Part shown: positions 40,601 to 49,700 of the stretch, in pieces | How positions within the stretch are numbered: the first letter of the stretch is position 1 | How the letters are laid out: the number at the start of each line of letters is the position of its first letter | Source: an uncultured Verrucomicrobiae bacterium | Lineage (GTDB): Bacteria > Verrucomicrobiota > Verrucomicrobiia > Chthoniobacterales > JAFAMB01 | Direction of reading: 5' to 3' | NCBI GenBank assembly: GCA_963837955.1 | Contig: CAWIPH010000002.1 | Span: 704,001-768,000 of the forward strand | Length of the DNA stretch: 64,000 nt | Notes under the pieces: generated by a model | The model's input: only the letters and a program-made list of their open reading frames with translations | What the model was told of the DNA's origin: nothing | Databases searched by the model: none | Program-made: the position numbers and the translations under genes

Positions 40601-41429
40601 GACGCGGACCGACAAGGTGCCAAACACCTCAGCAACGGCGGCCAGCTCCGGCACGGATCTTAACGGGGCCGCCGTGCGCAATGCCTGTCGCGACCTCGTT
40701 GGACGGCTGCGACCGATTGCTCTTGAGTTATTGTCTGAGAGAATCGGTCGACCGGTCGAGCAGATTAGTTTTCGAGAGAATAAGATTTTTGCTGGTCCAG
40801 ACGAGAGCGTGTTCCTGGATTTCGCTGAGCTGGTCTCAAAGGCTTATTTTCAAAGAGTGAGTTTGGCTGCAACCGGATATTACCGCACTCCCGGGATCAG
40901 CTGGGATCGCGCGCTAGGTAAAGGCAGGCCATTTCATTATTATGCGATCGGGGCCGCCGTAACCGAGGTGGAAGTGGACTCGCGGACTGGTGGGTTCCAA
41001 TTGCTGCGCACGGATATCTTACACGATGTCGGAACCTCAATTAACACCGGGATTAACCGTGGACAGGTCGAAGGCGGCTTTATCCAGGGCCTGGGCTGGT
41101 TAACAACCGAGGAATTGGTTTGGGACAAAGACGGTTGCTTGCTAACTCATTCACCAGATACTTACAAAATTCCGGCTATTGGAGATATTCCAAAAGACTT
41201 TCGAGTGGCTTTCCTAACCGAGGCCGAGCAGCCCGGGAATATCTATGGCAGCAAAGCCGTCGGCGAACCGCCTCTGATGCTGGCGATCTCTGTGCGTGAA
41301 GCGATTCGAGATGCGGTCGCAGCGTTCGGATCTGGCCCTGATCCGGTATTACTGAAATCACCAGCAACAGGTGAAGCTATTTTTATGGCTATACGGGAGC
41401 GGAGGGGGCGACCCGATAGTAAGCAGTAA
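37623..41429 (+). CDS. xdhB: Xanthine dehydrogenase, fused XdhA (2Fe-2S + FAD) and XdhB (Moco)
   Basis: KEGCAEGDCGAC, QCGYCTPG, GNLCRCTGY, QIRNRATLGGN, GGGFGGKE, AFRGFGGPQ and SKAVGEPP in one frame. Start uncertain (37581-37623). Confidence 0.92.
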   Translation: MHQISREVATSFSFELNGKLRTVQGLATNLTLLQYLRNEGLVGSKEGCAEGDCGACSVVVLEFLPDGKSVYRAINSCLIPLPSLAGRKVVTVEGLSSEKGDLHPVQRVLVDRHGSQCGYCTPGFVMSLFEAYHRCDLRSAWQIDDQLCGNLCRCTGYRPIREAALAVLTSRDQPSAHISIECDRERSKSAIEYECENHLFFRPTDLRALLEKVKEFPEATLLAGGTELGLAITKRFQSFPVLISIEAVPELRAIGCNETEWQIGAAVTLTDVWDHLGAEFPPLAEMLRWFGSRQIRNRATLGGNLVTASPIGDSAPVFLSLDAEIVIASLEGQRRLPLSEFFVSYRKTALREGEIVQEIILPRSRPVSVENRAWCQFYKVSRRREMDISTVASCFRIELDSAKRVNLARIAYGGVALTPVRAKKVEEAVLGKLWNDETVRMVLPLLQSSFDPISDVRGSAEYRRSLVSELFLKFFEETQSGFQLLKTNEELVWHADGGELSPPHESAHKHVSGRALYVDDEIPLREHLEVWPVCAPHAHAKILRRDASRARLMPGVKAVLLAEDIPGLNDVGTVRHDEPLLAADEVLYHGQLVALIVGESEDWCRRAAEALQIEYMPLPAILSIADAIEANSYHTEPNYIWRGDVNRAMREAPLWLEGSFFIGGQDHFYLETQVAYAKPGEDGSVFVQSSTQHPSEIQHIVGHVLGVPSNHVVVEAPRMGGGFGGKETQGAINAGLAALAAFHTGQPVRVRWNRDQDMMITGKRHPFLANFEVGFNPRGEILAIRVGMVSDGGWSLDLSTAVTDRSLFHLDNAYYLPNVEFSGQVAKTHVASNTAFRGFGGPQGMLVIEEIIDRIARRLGLRPEVVRERNLYHGSGETNTTPYGQDVGDNRIQRVWRELIASSEFASRQRDIDAWNQRQSSRKRGLAITPVKFGISFTATQFNQAGALVLIYQDGSVQVNHGGTEMGQGIHTNIQTIAARELGLTADRIRVMSTRTDKVPNTSATAASSGTDLNGAAVRNACRDLVGRLRPIALELLSERIGRPVEQISFRENKIFAGPDESVFLDFAELVSKAYFQRVSLAATGYYRTPGISWDRALGKGRPFHYYAIGAAVTEVEVDSRTGGFQLLRTDILHDVGTSINTGINRGQVEGGFIQGLGWLTTEELVWDKDGCLLTHSPDTYKIPAIGDIPKDFRVAFLTEAEQPGNIYGSKAVGEPPLMLAISVREAIRDAVAAFGSGPDPVLLKSPATGEAIFMAIRERRGRPDSKQ

Positions 41430-41543
41430 GCAGTAAGCAGTAAGCAGTAAGCAGTAAGCAGTAAGCGGGAGCAGTAAGCCGGGAGCCGGGAGCCGGGAGC
41501 CGGGAGCCGGGAGCCGGGAGCCGGGAGCCGGGAGCCGGGAACC
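41418..41543 (+). repeat. Heptamer tandem arrays (AGTAAGC)x7 and (GGGAGCC)x8+
   Basis: 41418-41466 and 41481-41543; a partial reverse-complement copy lies at about 41924-41952. Confidence 0.95.
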
Positions 41544-41547
41544 TGAC

Positions 41548-41861
41548 ACGCCGAAGGCGTTAAAGGACTCAGCCCGGGGTGGAGGCTTTGCGTAACCCCG
41601 GGTTACCTAAAAAATGCGTGTCCGCTCTGAAAGAGCGCAAGAAGTCTTCGAAGGAACTTGGTTACGGCAGCAACAATCCGTAGAGGCCGACGCTAGGTAA
41701 GAGGATCTAGAAGGGGCGTTCATGCCCTCGATGGAGCCGGTAATTGAGCGCCGTTCTGCCAGATGGTCTTACGCTCTTTCAGAGCGGGCGCGCATTTTTG
41801 GGGTTACCCGGGGTTGCGCAAAGCCTCCACCCCGGGCTGAGTCCTCTAACGCCTTCGGCGT
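41548..41861. repeat. 90-bp inverted repeat pair (REP/MITE-like)
   Basis: 41548-41637 and 41772-41861 are near reverse complements (ACGCCGAAGGCGTTA...CGCTCTGAAAGAGCG), between convergent xdh and xdhC. Confidence 0.88.
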
Positions 41862-41943
41862 ACCTGGCGTATCCGACACGCCGGGCGGGTTTGTTGTGAC
41901 GATCGACAACGCAACGGCATACCCCCGGCTCCCTGCTTACCGC

Positions 41944-42759
41944 TCACTGCTTTTCAGTCAGCCGCATCGACTTCCCTGACTGGCCGCGCAGCGCCGCGAG
42001 AACTTCAGCCATAACGCTAATCGCAATCTCCTCCGGAGAATCGGCGCCTATATCGAAACCGATCGGTGCATGCACCCGCTCTAAGTCGGTCGAGTCAATT
42101 CCCTGAAGCTTTAGCTCTTCGTAAACGCGGCGGACTTTTCTCTTACTCCCCATCATTCCGATGTAGCCAAAACCTTCAGCTTTCAACGCAGCCTGCAAAG
42201 CGTCACGATCGAGTTGGTAGTTTCGATTCACCAAGATCAGCGCGTCCGAACGCCGCCACGATTGCTCATTGATCCACCTAGCTGGTTCAGGCTCGACCTT
42301 TTTTTCGTCGGCCGCTTCAAAACTTTGAACGATCTCCGGCCGATCTTCGATCAAAACCGTTCGAAACCCGCAACTTCGTGCCAAGCGGGCGATGGCGATC
42401 GCGCAATGGCCGGCGCCGAAGAGATAAATGGTCTCACTCCGATTCTGTGGTTCGAGCAAAGCTGTGACTTCGCCGCCGCAAATCGCACCGAACGAATCCG
42501 GCGACCCTTCGCGCAGAATATAAGTCTTCAATTCCGGCTTACCTGTTTGCAGCGTTGCGAGCGAATCCGCAATGACGAGCGCCTCAAATTTTCCTCCTCC
42601 GATCGTACCGCTGATCTCGCCGGAGCCGTAGACGATCATTCGGGTCCCTGCTTGCCTGGGGACCGAGCCCTTCGTTGCGGCCACTGTCACCAATACGCAT
42701 TCCCTGCCGTTGGCTCTCGCTTCCAGAAGCTCTTCAAGGATGGGTTGGTTCATGCTCAC
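41944..42759 (-). CDS. xdhC: Xanthine dehydrogenase accessory protein XdhC
   Basis: GSVPR, GTIGGG, CGG, FGAGH, YIGMMGS and APIG...PEEIAIS. Confidence 0.92.
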   Translation of the reverse strand: MSMNQPILEELLEARANGRECVLVTVAATKGSVPRQAGTRMIVYGSGEISGTIGGGKFEALVIADSLATLQTGKPELKTYILREGSPDSFGAICGGEVTALLEPQNRSETIYLFGAGHCAIAIARLARSCGFRTVLIEDRPEIVQSFEAADEKKVEPEPARWINEQSWRRSDALILVNRNYQLDRDALQAALKAEGFGYIGMMGSKRKVRRVYEELKLQGIDSTDLERVHAPIGFDIGADSPEEIAISVMAEVLAALRGQSGKSMRLTEKQ

Positions 42760-42785
42760 TTACGGTGTCGGCTAGACGTCATTTG

Positions 42786-43628
42786 CTATTCTTCTCTCGC
42801 GACCGTGCCTTCGATCCAACCTTGCGGTGCGTCGGTCGGCACAAATAGCGTATTCTGGTTTTGTCGATGGAACGGTGAAAGATCAATAAGCAGGCAGTGC
42901 AGGTTGGGCATCGTCAGACTGATTCGTTCGATTTCTGAACAGTTTTCCAAAGCAGCTTTTCCCATCTCGTAGAGTGAAGCCTGCACCGACGGGCTCTCTT
43001 TGGAACCGAAAGCGGACAACATGGCCTCGACGACCCGCGCGTTCGTTGCGCGATAGTCCGCCGGTTTTCCACGATAAATCCACAGGCTAGTGAGACTTGT
43101 CGCCAAAAGCCGGTCAGCAGAGTCGGGTAGAGTAGTAAACTCGTCTCGATGAAAATCTGCGAATCTCGAGCCGGCGGATTTGAGAATAATCAGTCCGCGG
43201 ATCCCTGAGATAATCTCGATGTGATGGCGGGATCGAGTCACGCGGGTCGTAGGTACCATGTTCCCGGCGGCGAAAAAGTTGGTTGGAGAAGGAGTTCCAT
43301 TCACCGCCATGCGTTCCCAAACCCGTTCTTCTGTTTCAACCTGGACGCCGGTCACTTGCGGATATCTTTCGAGGAAATGGGCTGCGAGCTCGGCTACAAA
43401 TGGTTCGGTCTCCAAACCCAGCTTCTCGTGAGCCAGCACGTTGATTATATTTTTCATTGTGTCGGTGGCCACGACTTCTCGATTGTCGCCCGCCGTGTAA
43501 GAGGCATCGAAAGCCCCTTCCAAGATGACTTTCACTTCCAATTCCTTGAAGGTATGTACGTCATCGGCATGCAGTTTTTTTAAGACGCGAACCTTGGCTT
43601 TTCCGTACCGGTTAGAGTGGAGCTTCAT
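42786..43628 (-). CDS. pucL: Cofactor-independent urate oxidase (uricase)
   Basis: YGKAKV, ATDTMKN, LKSAGSRF...DEFTTL, SVQ and MPNLH. Confidence 0.92.
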   Translation of the reverse strand: MKLHSNRYGKAKVRVLKKLHADDVHTFKELEVKVILEGAFDASYTAGDNREVVATDTMKNIINVLAHEKLGLETEPFVAELAAHFLERYPQVTGVQVETEERVWERMAVNGTPSPTNFFAAGNMVPTTRVTRSRHHIEIISGIRGLIILKSAGSRFADFHRDEFTTLPDSADRLLATSLTSLWIYRGKPADYRATNARVVEAMLSAFGSKESPSVQASLYEMGKAALENCSEIERISLTMPNLHCLLIDLSPFHRQNQNTLFVPTDAPQGWIEGTVAREE

Positions 43629-43675
43629 GGAACTAGATCAAATGGGGAGCGCGACGAACATAGGATGAATCTCTG

Positions 43676-43691
43676 TGGCGTATGATTTGCT
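43676..43691 (+). promoter_or_regulatory. Sigma54-like promoter for uraD-uraH-allC-allB
   Basis: TGGCGTATGATTTGCT (GG-N10-GC with TTGC). Confidence 0.65.
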
Positions 43692-43770
43692 TGTGCATTG
43701 TATCATAGGAAGCTGATCTGCGGTTGGTGAACCGAGCAGGTTGCAAGCCATCAGCTTTTCGACCACTGCC

Positions 43771-44289
43771 ATGGCGAACGTTTGTTACAAGTTAGACGCT
43801 GTGAATAATATGGATCACTCGTCCTTTATTCAGCACTTTGGCTCAATCTATGAACATTCGCCTTGGGTAGCTGACGGCGCTTGGCACCAACGCCCATTTG
43901 CCTCGGTCGCGGCGCTTCATGCCGCGATGGATTCTGTCATGTTTGCCGCTCCGATTGCGAAACAGATGGCTTTGGTCCGAGCTCACCCCGAATTGGCTGG
44001 ACGGCTTGCTCGGCTCGGCCAACTTACTGCCGCTTCGCGATCGGAACAAAATCAGGCCGGTTTGGACCAATTGACGCCGGATCAAATCAACAGGATGAAC
44101 CGGTTCAATGCTGAGTATCTCGCTAAATTCGAATTTCCATTTATCATTTGCGCCCGGCTCAATGATGCGAACTCGATTATCGGTGCGCTGGAAGCACGAA
44201 TAGGTAATTTTCCAGAAAAGGAGTTTCAAACCGCGTTGCACGAAATCTCAAAGATTGCCAAACTGCGGCTCGCGGATGCCGTGATATGA
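43771..44289 (+). CDS. uraD: OHCU decarboxylase
   Basis: YEHSPWVA, AHPELAG, SRSEQ..AGL, FPFII and KIAKLRL. Confidence 0.93.
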   Translation: MANVCYKLDAVNNMDHSSFIQHFGSIYEHSPWVADGAWHQRPFASVAALHAAMDSVMFAAPIAKQMALVRAHPELAGRLARLGQLTAASRSEQNQAGLDQLTPDQINRMNRFNAEYLAKFEFPFIICARLNDANSIIGALEARIGNFPEKEFQTALHEISKIAKLRLADAVI

Positions 44290-44630
44290 AGGGAAAGCTT
44301 TCTACACACGTCCTCGATATTTCTGTCGGGCGCCCTGGTGCGGGCATTTCCGTACAACTTTGGCGCTTGGACGGCGACGCCAGGAAACTAGTAAGGTCGA
44401 CGATCACGAATCTTGATGGGCGGACGAATACGCCTCTACTCGATCCCGACGAGATGGTTGCGGGTGAGTACGAACTGGTATTCCAGGTTGGCGGCTACTT
44501 CGAGCGAACCGGACGCGAGACCTTTCTTCAGGACATTCCGATCAGATTTCGGATTACTCAGCCTGAAGAATCATACCACGTACCTTTGCTGGTTTCACCG
44601 TGGGCCTACAGCACCTACCGAGGCAGTTAA
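44286..44630 (+). CDS. uraH: 5-hydroxyisourate hydrolase
   Basis: LSTHVLD, DGR, YHVPLL and C-terminal YRGS. Confidence 0.95.
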   Translation: MKGKLSTHVLDISVGRPGAGISVQLWRLDGDARKLVRSTITNLDGRTNTPLLDPDEMVAGEYELVFQVGGYFERTGRETFLQDIPIRFRITQPEESYHVPLLVSPWAYSTYRGS

Positions 44631-45884
44631 ATGGCAATCGTTTCGTGGGAAGATCGGGCCCGCCGCATTGAGCAACGGTTGCAGGAATTAGCCGGCATCA
44701 CCGACGAACCTGGAATGGTCACTCGGACATTTCTGTCCTCGGCCATGAAAAAGGTAAACGTTCGGGTGAAGGAGTGGATGGAAGAAGCTGGTCTGGAAAC
44801 TGAGGAAGATTACGCGACCAACTTAATCGGGCGACGAAGCACGGACAGCCATCTGCCGATCTTGCTTATCGGGTCTCATCTAGACACGATTCGGAATGCC
44901 GGCCGCTACGATGGGCCGCTCGGCGTGATGTTAGGGATTGAGGTGGCTGATTGGAGCAGAAACGTTAGCCGCCAATTTCCGTTCGAGCTTGCCCTGGTTG
45001 CTTTCGGCGATGAAGAAGGAGTTCGGTTCAAAACCGGCTTCATCGGTAGCAGTGCTTTTTGCGGTCTGCTGAGCAATGCCGATCTGGAGGCTGTCGATGC
45101 TGAAGGAGTCGCACTTGGCTCTCTACTTTCGGATCGGATTGCTGAACCGGTTCAGCTTCGCCGGCCCACTTTTCCCCTGGAACGCCTCATTGGTTATTTC
45201 GAAGCGCACATAGAGCAAGGTCCGGTGCTTGAGCACTTGAACCGCGAACTTGGCGCGGTCACAGCCATCGCCGGACAAGCCCGGCTACGCTGCGTTTGGA
45301 CTGGCAAGGCATCTCATGCCGGAACGACCCCGATCGACCTCCGGAAAGATGCGTTGGTTGGTGCGGCCGCTTTTGTGCAGGAGGTAGATCGAGTTGCGCG
45401 CGAATGGCCGGGTTTAATGGCGACAGTGGGTGAATTGCGCGTTGAGCCAAATGTCAGCAACGTGGTTCCGGCTCGCGTGACTCACTCCCTGGATGTGCGC
45501 CATCAAGACAATGGAGCCCGAATAGCTGCCGGGACTAAGCTGCGGGAACTAGCTACCGCCATCGCGGTGGAACACGGGTTAGTCCTAGACTGGCAGTCCT
45601 TGCAGGATACTAACTCAACACCGTGTGACCACGGACTGATTACTTCGCTTCGCGCCGCTATTAAAAAAGTGACTGGTGAGGCGGTCGATCTGCCGAGCGG
45701 AGCTGGGCATGATGGAGTCATGCTTTCCCGGATCTGCCCTGTGGCAATGCTGTTCGTACGGTGTCGAGATGGTTTGAGCCATCATCCCGACGAATTTGTT
45801 GATCTGGCGGACGTGGCTGCGGCTTTGTCGGCCACGGCGGAATTTCTCGACGAATTATCGATTCGCTTAGCACACTCCAAATGA
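44631..45884 (+). CDS. allC: Allantoate amidohydrolase
   Basis: GSHLDT, DEEGVRF, EAHIEQGP, HAGTTP and SGAGHD. Confidence 0.85.
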   Translation: MAIVSWEDRARRIEQRLQELAGITDEPGMVTRTFLSSAMKKVNVRVKEWMEEAGLETEEDYATNLIGRRSTDSHLPILLIGSHLDTIRNAGRYDGPLGVMLGIEVADWSRNVSRQFPFELALVAFGDEEGVRFKTGFIGSSAFCGLLSNADLEAVDAEGVALGSLLSDRIAEPVQLRRPTFPLERLIGYFEAHIEQGPVLEHLNRELGAVTAIAGQARLRCVWTGKASHAGTTPIDLRKDALVGAAAFVQEVDRVAREWPGLMATVGELRVEPNVSNVVPARVTHSLDVRHQDNGARIAAGTKLRELATAIAVEHGLVLDWQSLQDTNSTPCDHGLITSLRAAIKKVTGEAVDLPSGAGHDGVMLSRICPVAMLFVRCRDGLSHHPDEFVDLADVAAALSATAEFLDELSIRLAHSK

Positions 45885-47245
45885 AGCCGTGGGATCTTCT
45901 TATTCGCAGCGGCTCGGTTGTTACACCGGAACACGTACTTATCGGGGATGTTGCTGTATCGGGAGAGACAATTGTGGCGATCGGCGCCAATCTGGAAGGT
46001 GCCGCCGCGCAGATCGTGGATGGATCTGGCGCGTTCCTTTTTCCCGGCTTCATTGACGCTCATGTGCATTTCAATGAGCCGGGGCGCGCGAACTGGGAAG
46101 GGATCTCCTGTGGTTCGCGCTCGCTAGCGGCTGGCGGCGGGACCCTCTATTTCGATATGCCGCTAAACTCCAGTCCACCGACCCTTGACGGTCCCACTCT
46201 GCTGCAAAAGCGAGAGATGGCGGAGGCGAAATCGATCACTGATTTCGCGCTGTGGGGAGGATTAACGCCGGTGAATGTGGCCCAGATGGAGGAACTGGCT
46301 GACCTCGGTGTAATCGGTTTTAAAGCATTCATGAGCGATAGCGGGATCAGCGATTTTCCGCGAGCGGACGAGAAAACGCTGAAGCAAGGAATGCAGCGAG
46401 CTGCCCAAATAGGATTGCCGGTTGCCGTTCACGCCGAAGATCAAGAGCTGACAGCAAAGTTAACCGCAGACCTGCGCGCCGCTGGGAAAACGGCGTGGAC
46501 GGATTACTTACAATCGCGGCCGGTGGAAGCGGAGTTAATTGCGATTCGAACGGCTCTTGATTTGGCGGGCGAAACCGGCTGTCAGCTCCATATCGTGCAT
46601 GTCAGTTGTCCGGAAGGAATTGATCTGGTGACTCAGGCTCGCCGCAAAGGCGTCAACGTCTCAGTCGAAACTTGCCCGCACTATTTGCTACTGGCCGACC
46701 GAGACTTGGAAAAGCTTGGTGCGCCGGCGAAGTGCGCGCCACCGTTGCGAGACGAGCGATGCCGCTCGGCGCTCTGGAATCACCTGCGAGCGGGAATGAT
46801 CGACACGCTCGGTTCCGATCACTCGCCGGCGCCGCCCGAAATGAAGGTTTCCACGGACGCCTTTTCGATCTGGGGTGGCATCTCAGGCTGTCAACATGGT
46901 CTCGGGTTGGTGTTAGATGAACTATTCAGGGTGGACGGCACCGAGGGGCTCCGCCGTTTCACCGGAATGACCGGGACCAGGGTAGCCGAACGATTTAGAG
47001 TTGGCGCGAAAGGAGCAATTGCTCCTGGGTATAGTGCCGATCTGGTGCTTGTCGCTTTCGGCGAGGGTACCGAAATCACCGAGGAGAATCTTCGATACCG
47101 GCACAAAATGAGCCCATATGTCGGAAAATTGATCCGAACGCAAGTCCGCCGTACCTGGCTGCGCGGACGACAAATCTACGGCGAAGGTTTGACGGCTGAG
47201 CCGAAGCCGAGAGGGCGGATGGTGAGGCCGAATGGTGTAGCCTGA
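45881..47245 (+). CDS. allB: Allantoinase
   Basis: HVHFNEPG, DMPLNS, FKAF, HAE, ETCPHY, KCAPP and SDHSP. Confidence 0.92.
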   Translation: MKPWDLLIRSGSVVTPEHVLIGDVAVSGETIVAIGANLEGAAAQIVDGSGAFLFPGFIDAHVHFNEPGRANWEGISCGSRSLAAGGGTLYFDMPLNSSPPTLDGPTLLQKREMAEAKSITDFALWGGLTPVNVAQMEELADLGVIGFKAFMSDSGISDFPRADEKTLKQGMQRAAQIGLPVAVHAEDQELTAKLTADLRAAGKTAWTDYLQSRPVEAELIAIRTALDLAGETGCQLHIVHVSCPEGIDLVTQARRKGVNVSVETCPHYLLLADRDLEKLGAPAKCAPPLRDERCRSALWNHLRAGMIDTLGSDHSPAPPEMKVSTDAFSIWGGISGCQHGLGLVLDELFRVDGTEGLRRFTGMTGTRVAERFRVGAKGAIAPGYSADLVLVAFGEGTEITEENLRYRHKMSPYVGKLIRTQVRRTWLRGRQIYGEGLTAEPKPRGRMVRPNGVA

Positions 47246-47383
47246 TCCTCCTGGCTCAGGTACGCAGGGCTGCACCGATAGTGAAAAGTGATTGGTGAAT
47301 GGTGGAGGCCTATCGGCAAACCCTCGACAGAAATCTCTCACCCCTTTCTCACTAAACACTAAACACTAATCACCGCTCACCGA
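47237..47383. repeat. Composite repeat: GTAGCCTGAT REP arm plus heptamer inverted arrays
   Basis: GTAGCCTGATCCTCCTGGCTCAGG supplies the allB stop; GTGAATGGTGGAGGCCT is shared with the element at 52569; CACTAAA repeats follow. Confidence 0.7.
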
Positions 47384-47431
47384 TCCGAATTCGACCAGAA
47401 ATTGGCGAGAAGCCGGACTTTCCCCCACATT

Positions 47432-47447
47432 TGGTACGACTTCCGCT
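47432..47447 (+). promoter_or_regulatory. Sigma54-like promoter, near-leaderless, for the XRE regulator
   Basis: TGGTACGACTTCCGCT; predicted +1 about 47458, ATG at 47460. Confidence 0.45.
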
Positions 47448-47459
47448 ACAGCCAACGAA

Positions 47460-48131
47460 ATGGATCTAGGGCAGAAACTCCAGTTTTATAGGCGGATACG
47501 CCGAATGTCGTTGCGCGACGTCGCCGAAAAGGCGGACTGTTCGCCCAGTTTTCTTTCTCAGATTGAACTGGATCGTGTTTCACCTACCGTCAAAAGCCTA
47601 AGAAAAATATGCCGTGCGCTTGGCGTGACACCCGCAGATTTTCTTCGAGAAGAGGCCCTCATCGAAGGCCCCGTTGTGATTCCGACGAATCGGGAACGTT
47701 GTCCGGTAATTGTCGAATGGAAGAAGGCCAAGCTCCTTCATTTTTTGCCGGCGGAGGCGAGTAGTCCTTTTACGGCCCTTTTGCTTCGCATCGAGCCCGG
47801 TGGATCTACGCCACCACGGCATGCAATTTATTCGCTCAAGGAGCTCTGCATCGTCCTAAAGGGAGATTTGCGGTGTCACATCGGGCAGACGGTTTACCCG
47901 CTGGCCACCGGTGAAAGTATTTTCTTTGACCTGCTTACCGCGCACTCCTGGTTTAATCCGGGCCAAGATGTCGGAGAAGTTCTGTTAACAAGCCCTAATT
48001 CTTTTCACCTGTTCGAACAGGTCGAGAATGATGTGCGTTGGCACGTTACCTGGAAACGCCAGCGCCGATTGCGACGAGGCGAGAAGAAAAGTCCGGAAGT
48101 TCAGAAGTTCGAGAGCTCCGGAGGGGAATAA
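47460..48131 (+). CDS. XRE-family HTH plus cupin transcriptional regulator
   Basis: SLRDVAEKADCSPSFLSQIE...SPT, followed by a C-terminal cupin domain. Confidence 0.9.
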   Translation: MDLGQKLQFYRRIRRMSLRDVAEKADCSPSFLSQIELDRVSPTVKSLRKICRALGVTPADFLREEALIEGPVVIPTNRERCPVIVEWKKAKLLHFLPAEASSPFTALLLRIEPGGSTPPRHAIYSLKELCIVLKGDLRCHIGQTVYPLATGESIFFDLLTAHSWFNPGQDVGEVLLTSPNSFHLFEQVENDVRWHVTWKRQRRLRRGEKKSPEVQKFESSGGE

Positions 48132-48236
48132 CAGAAGCTCACGACGTTCCCTCCTCGAGAATTCTCGCCCATCATCTGCAGCGGTGCCGCTTGGTGATTG
48201 GGTATCGGTTTGCTTCGCGCCACAGCGCCGATCCGC

Positions 48237-49700
48237 CTACGGAACCGGTAATTTGATTCCAAATTCGCGAGCAGCATAGGGGCTACCGGTAGCGTTAACC
48301 GAAGCGACCACCGATTTCCAGTCTCCAGAATAACGGCTTTCGAAACGGTGAACCGCGGCGACGTACGAATCGATCATTTGCTGTTTTTCGTTTGGTTGGA
48401 CGAAACTATATTCCAGGCTGTTCCTGCCCAGTTGCGTCAGCTCAGCCCAGCAAAGGTTAAAATTTTTGACGGCGACGAAGTATTCGTCCGTCATCGTAGA
48501 ACCCCACATTCCGCGATCGTCGGTATTCAAACAGACCGGAATCCCGAAACGCATAAAGCGCGGAAAAGGATGGTCATCGAAATTTTTTATGTATCCGAGG
48601 AGCTTGTTACTGATCAGATTCACCTCGACCAGGTTCTTATTGGCGCGCATCGCTACCATTGTTTCGGGATCCGATAGGAGATTCACGCCGTGGCCGATGC
48701 GTTGAGCACCAAGGAAGAGAGTGTCCCGAATATGATGATTCGGTTCGTCGCTTTCCCCGGCGTGAATCGAGAGACTGACCGCCGGATATTTCCCCATCAT
48801 TTTCCGATAAACGGAAAGGAAACGCGCCGGATACCCCTTCTCGTTGTCTTCCCGCCCGGCCATGTTGATTCCAACCCAGAGGTCGCGATGACGATCGACA
48901 AAAGCGTATGCATCTTCCACGCCTTGCTCAGCGGTTGGCGTGAAACGTAGCACGACAGCCTGGAATCGGACCGTAACGCCGGTGGCGACCGCATCTGGCT
49001 GACGCAAACGTTCTCGATACAGATCGGCCATCTGATCCACCGAAATCGAATTGCCATCCTTGTCGTGAAATTCGGTAGGTGCTCCCAGCCCGAATACCAG
49101 GTTCTGCGTCTCGATGTAGCGCACCCCTTCGGCTCCGAAATGTTTCATGTTTTCGACCAGCAGCTCGATCGTCACCGACGGGCTGTTGAGCATTCCGTGA
49201 ATCCGGGGCCAGATTTGCTCGAAAAATTTTTCCCGGCCATTCCCCGGTTCGCCCAGCCAAAGCGAGGATAGCCATTTTGCTTTGGTAGCAGCATCGATAC
49301 TGGCCAAAGGCTCGTATTCCGGTTTGGCGCTTTCGGGTAAACGATCGTATCGCCATTTCGGAATGGTGACGTAGAACATGAGCGGAGAAATGTTGGTGCT
49401 TGAATCAAGGATCTTGGTCCGCGTGTAAAAGGTATCGCCGTGCGTTTTCGTCGGGTCGGTCGCTATTCGGTACCACCACTCGGGCCAAACCGCACCATCC
49501 TGATGGTTGTGGAGGTCGCCCCCCTTTGGCAGATCGTAAAGAAAACGGTATAACTGTTCATCGTTTGCCGACTGTTTGATCTCCTCAAAACGCGCACTGA
49601 AATCGCTTTCTGCGTAGATCGGTGCGCCGGCCAAAGCGGCAAGAAGCAACAGCAGGGTAAGCTGACGGTTCGGCAGGTGACAGAGTCCTGAATTAAACAT
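48237..49700 (-). CDS. Secreted adenosine deaminase, ADA2/ADGF-like
   Basis: Signal peptide, LPKGGDLHNH, HAGE, RIGHG, SN and NTDD. Confidence 0.8.
   Translation of the reverse strand: MFNSGLCHLPNRQLTLLLLLAALAGAPIYAESDFSARFEEIKQSANDEQLYRFLYDLPKGGDLHNHQDGAVWPEWWYRIATDPTKTHGDTFYTRTKILDSSTNISPLMFYVTIPKWRYDRLPESAKPEYEPLASIDAATKAKWLSSLWLGEPGNGREKFFEQIWPRIHGMLNSPSVTIELLVENMKHFGAEGVRYIETQNLVFGLGAPTEFHDKDGNSISVDQMADLYRERLRQPDAVATGVTVRFQAVVLRFTPTAEQGVEDAYAFVDRHRDLWVGINMAGREDNEKGYPARFLSVYRKMMGKYPAVSLSIHAGESDEPNHHIRDTLFLGAQRIGHGVNLLSDPETMVAMRANKNLVEVNLISNKLLGYIKNFDDHPFPRFMRFGIPVCLNTDDRGMWGSTMTDEYFVAVKNFNLCWAELTQLGRNSLEYSFVQPNEKQQMIDSYVAAVHRFESRYSGDWKSVVASVNATGSPYAAREFGIKLPVP

Noticed and set aside
41418..41543. 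Possible CRISPR array (also 53698-53796 and 215-678)
   Set aside because: These are contiguous tandem units with no unique spacers, and no cas genes are present.
41358..41979. ORFs 41358-41549 and 41722-41979
   Set aside because: They are translations of the heptamer arrays and the inverted repeat.
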